From Jimgerdemannia flammicorona (lineage: Eukaryota), in the NCBI GenBank assembly GCA_003990765.1, contig RBNJ01000095.1, positions 1 through 42,103 on the forward strand: a DNA stretch of 42,103 nt. The letters are read 5' to 3'. Below the pieces are notes generated by a model. It had not been told where the DNA came from. It saw nothing but the letters and a program-made list of their open reading frames with translations, and made no database searches. Positions 39,031 to 42,103 of this stretch are shown one piece after another. Each line of letters begins with the position of its first letter. The stretch's first letter is position 1. The position numbers were made by a program, and so were the translations under genes.

Positions 39031-39049
39031 TCGGGTTTGCAGAGTACTA

Positions 39050-41630
39050 TCTGCAGCACTCCTCTGCCCAGAGAGAAAGAAATCTCTCTGTGTCCATTCA
39101 CTATAATTATTACCCAACTTCCTTCCAGCAGACTGACCAAAGCTCTCTGGACTCTAGAGGAGACTCTAATATACTTTAGCACTCTTTCCAACCACACTTA
39201 CTAGACTCTATCATAGGTCTTCTTCTGGTCTAAGAAAACCAGCTATCTATCTACTCTAGTAGTATAAGTACTCTCAATGATACTATGTACCCAAGCCATC
39301 CCATCTCTGATCAGTCATCTTCTTATGAATCCTCTCTACTCAGACTCCAGAACCTATTGAGTCACTCCTTGCAGCCTAGCCACCAGTACCTTTGTAATCA
39401 GTTTGCAATCCATATTCAGAAGTATGATCAGTCTCCAATTCTTTCACTCCTCTCTCCTCTTCTTATTCTTAAACAGCAGAGCCATAAGATCTAAGCTCTG
39501 CTCTCCAATCTATGCCCCAGAGCCAATCACTTCATTGTACATTACTGTCATTTCCTCTAGGACCAACTCAACTTCTACTATCTTCTTCCAGAAATTCTAC
39601 TATAAGCCATTCTTCCCTGATGTAGTTCTGAGCTTATCATTGTCAGAATCTACTGAATCTCCTCTCTTTAGATAGCAGTACCAAGGTCACCTAAGCTGAC
39701 TACTAAATCAGAGTGCTATTCCTCTGAGTATCTATCAATGTCCAGTACTCCTAACCCTCTATTCTCCTCACTTTACAAATGTCCCCACTGTCTGCTCAAC
39801 TGATCCAGAATCTCTGGTATTCTAACAACTAACTCTCTATCCTCATCTAAAACCCCCTCTCACTGCTGCCATACTCTCCTCACCTGCAGCAGCTACAACA
39901 AAAACTTAATAGGCCTTTCTCTCTTCTCCAATTCCTGCCACCACAGCCAGGCTACCATGTCCTTAATCTGTAGGTCCTCCTCTTGCCTCAGTATATTTTT
40001 CAGCTCCTCTATCTCTAGTCTGATTCACTGTATTCACCAATCTCCTTTCTTACCATCATTCAATAGCTCTGTCCAAGTCACCAACAACTTTACTAACCTC
40101 TGAGAGGTCTACCTCATTCTCATCTTCCTCTGAATATCCTGTATCTTTCCTGCCTCCTCTCAATACTTTTGTACCTCAGATTTCAATCATATCCAGTGAT
40201 TCCCAATCTCCAGCCCCTCAGCTTTCTAATTAAGAATCTTTAAGCTGACATTCACCACTCATACCTCCTATAGGGAGGCCTCTCCTAGCAAAAAGATATT
40301 CAGTCACCAATGTCTAGGTTCCTCTCCACTTCTCTCAAACACCTCTCTCCAAGAAGACCCCAGTGATCTGATCACAGACACTAAACAGTTTCCAAAGTTC
40401 TCTAGATATCAACTTCCCAGTAGTCAGCAGTTAATATTCAGTCAATTCTTAAGCCCAGCTCTGTCATCTAGTAGATAAAGATCCTATGATTCCCCCATCC
40501 AAGTCTCCCAGCATTCACCAAAGAGCTCAAATGTTTGACTTCCTCCCAGGCTTCTATATCACCACTCCTATCTACTATTCTCCTTTCTCCATCAGTTCTG
40601 TCTAACCTTCTATCACATATCATATTAAAGTCTCTCCCTAGACAGTCAATTCCCACCTCCACCAATGCTCTAGACTCTTGTAGCCCTTGAATCCATTCCA
40701 CTCTCTCTCCCCTTTCTGCTAGACAATAATATGATCCAACTATCAAGGACCTCTAGTCTGGCCTCCTCCAAACTTCCCACACTATCCTGCTCTCCTAATG
40801 TCTAATATCCTCAATGTTCTCTTACCCTTCTTAATCAGAATACCTACATATTCTCACCAAATAGTCACACCACTCCATTCCTTCATCCAGTCCAGACTAT
40901 CTAAGTCCCCATCATACCTAATATCCTATAGTAGAAACAAATTTACTTCTGTCCCCTTCAGCCATCCAAAGATATTTTGCTACCTTACTACTCCTTATAG
41001 CCTATTGACATTCAAAGATAAGATTATAGTTATACTATTTATATTAAATAATAGTATTTGAAGAACAGCTGTCTACTCTACAATTTCATACTTACTGCAT
41101 CACTAGTAATATCCAGATTCCTCTCTGCCTCTGGTTTATCTGCCTCTCTCTGCTAAGCCTTCAGCACCTCTAAGATCTCCTGACAATTCACATCATCCAC
41201 AGCCTCCATCTCTATATAATACTTCTTACACACTATCTGCCACTTTACCAGCCCTTTTCTTGGGCCCCACATATAAGCAGCCCTGTTATTTGTAATTGTC
41301 AGAAGTGCTGTCTCTCTGTTATCATCAATCTGATATATCTTGGCCTTCAGCAATGCCACTATTATCTCATTCCAGAGTTTTTGTGGCATCTCCTCACTAT
41401 GCAAGATTTTCCCCCAGTACCTCTCACTCAGTACCCAGAAGTCCTCTCCCCCCAGCTCCTTAGCTACTATATTCTCAAGCATTTTCCATAGCCATTTCTC
41501 CTTGACCTCAGTCTCCACCACTCTCTGGGCCACCCCCTTCCCCCCCTTTCACCTACCCACCCTCTGCATTCCTTCTCACTGACTTATCCCAGTCCTCCTC
41601 CAGCACATCCTATAATTCATCATCATCTCT
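39050..41630 (-). mobile_element. 5' part of the same LINE: N-terminal RT, APE endonuclease and probable ORF1 remnant
   Basis: The minus strand reads LVFLDQKKTYDRV...IIVNGH...LGRGVLQ, ending at the hAT junction and resuming as GD at ~33130. APE-like IDCLGRDFN (cf. GDFN) in ORF 40468..40746 and LNVN near 41010; ORF1-like remnant 41153..41533. Confidence 0.82.
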
Positions 41631-41631
41631 A

Positions 41632-42085
41632 TTTTTTTTTTTTTAATAGACTCAAAGTCCTATGGATTTTTATTAGAAGAGAACCTAGACTATATAGGCC
41701 AAAACCCTCCCCTACCACCCATCAAGCACTGCCCCCCCATTAACCTAGGCTAGCTATTGTCTAGTAGCTCAACTATACTAGGCACAGTAGGGCCTATATT
41801 GGCCTATACCTTATTCTGTATACCATGCTCTTCCTACCACCAGAGGGAATCCAGCTATATGTCAATGACCAAAAGTGCATACCTGAGACTCTAACATATA
41901 TAAGGTCATGCCTGAGCTGAATAGAATAACCTCTGCCACCTCAAAGAGGATGATAGGCAAAGAAAAACTCTCATCAAAGTACATTATGATGGATAGGGCC
42001 TAGTTCTTCTAGTTAAGATGAGTAAAGGACTTATATATGAGATGAGAGGAGACCCCCAATACTCTACTACTCAAGCCTGTAGGCC
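41632..42085 (-). mobile_element. Probable 3' end of a further retroelement (poly-A tail on the minus strand)
   Basis: Poly-T at 41632-41644 is followed by CpG-free, stop-riddled sequence; another poly-T run ends the window. Confidence 0.4.
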
Positions 42086-42103
42086 TCTTTTTTTTTTTTT
42101 TTT

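Larger units (their letters stand above)
33140..39049 (+). mobile_element. Full-length degenerate hAT DNA transposon (5.9 kb) inserted into the LINE RT
   Basis: Termini TAGTGCATTGCAACC and GGTTTGCAGAGTACTA; mutated 8-bp TSD (CTTATAGC at 33132-33139, TCTGCAGC at 39050-39057, inferred ancestral CCTGCAGC); inverted arrays of 33-bp subterminal repeats; hAT transposase remnant inside. Confidence 0.9.

Overview
Eukaryotic, fungal genomic DNA. The short GT-AG introns, long poly-A/T runs and gene families suggest an early-diverging Mucoromycota fungus, possibly Endogonales; this taxonomy is inference only. The left ~31 kb is gene-sparse and CpG-rich. It holds the last two exons of an unknown gene, a small SMP/LEA-like gene, an intronless Zn2Cys6 transcription factor, two paralogous spliced SAM-dependent methyltransferases that both start MGxxxSK, a young inverted duplication of a decayed cysteine-rich secreted-protein gene with a hAT-type MITE in its spacer, and a 6-exon secreted Kelch-repeat membrane protein. 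From ~31.37 kb the sequence becomes abruptly CpG-depleted and heavily C-to-T mutated. There, a minus-strand L1/Tx1-like LINE is split inside its RT QGD motif by a 5.9-kb hAT element. That element carries a transposase pseudogene, a second divergent gene of unknown function, and two large palindromes between them. The most interesting signals are repeat-confined C-to-T hypermutation that includes CpA/TpG sites (RIP-like), also visible between the arms of the young inverted duplication, and the two-gene hAT architecture. Exon and element boundaries were read by eye; no database searches were run.
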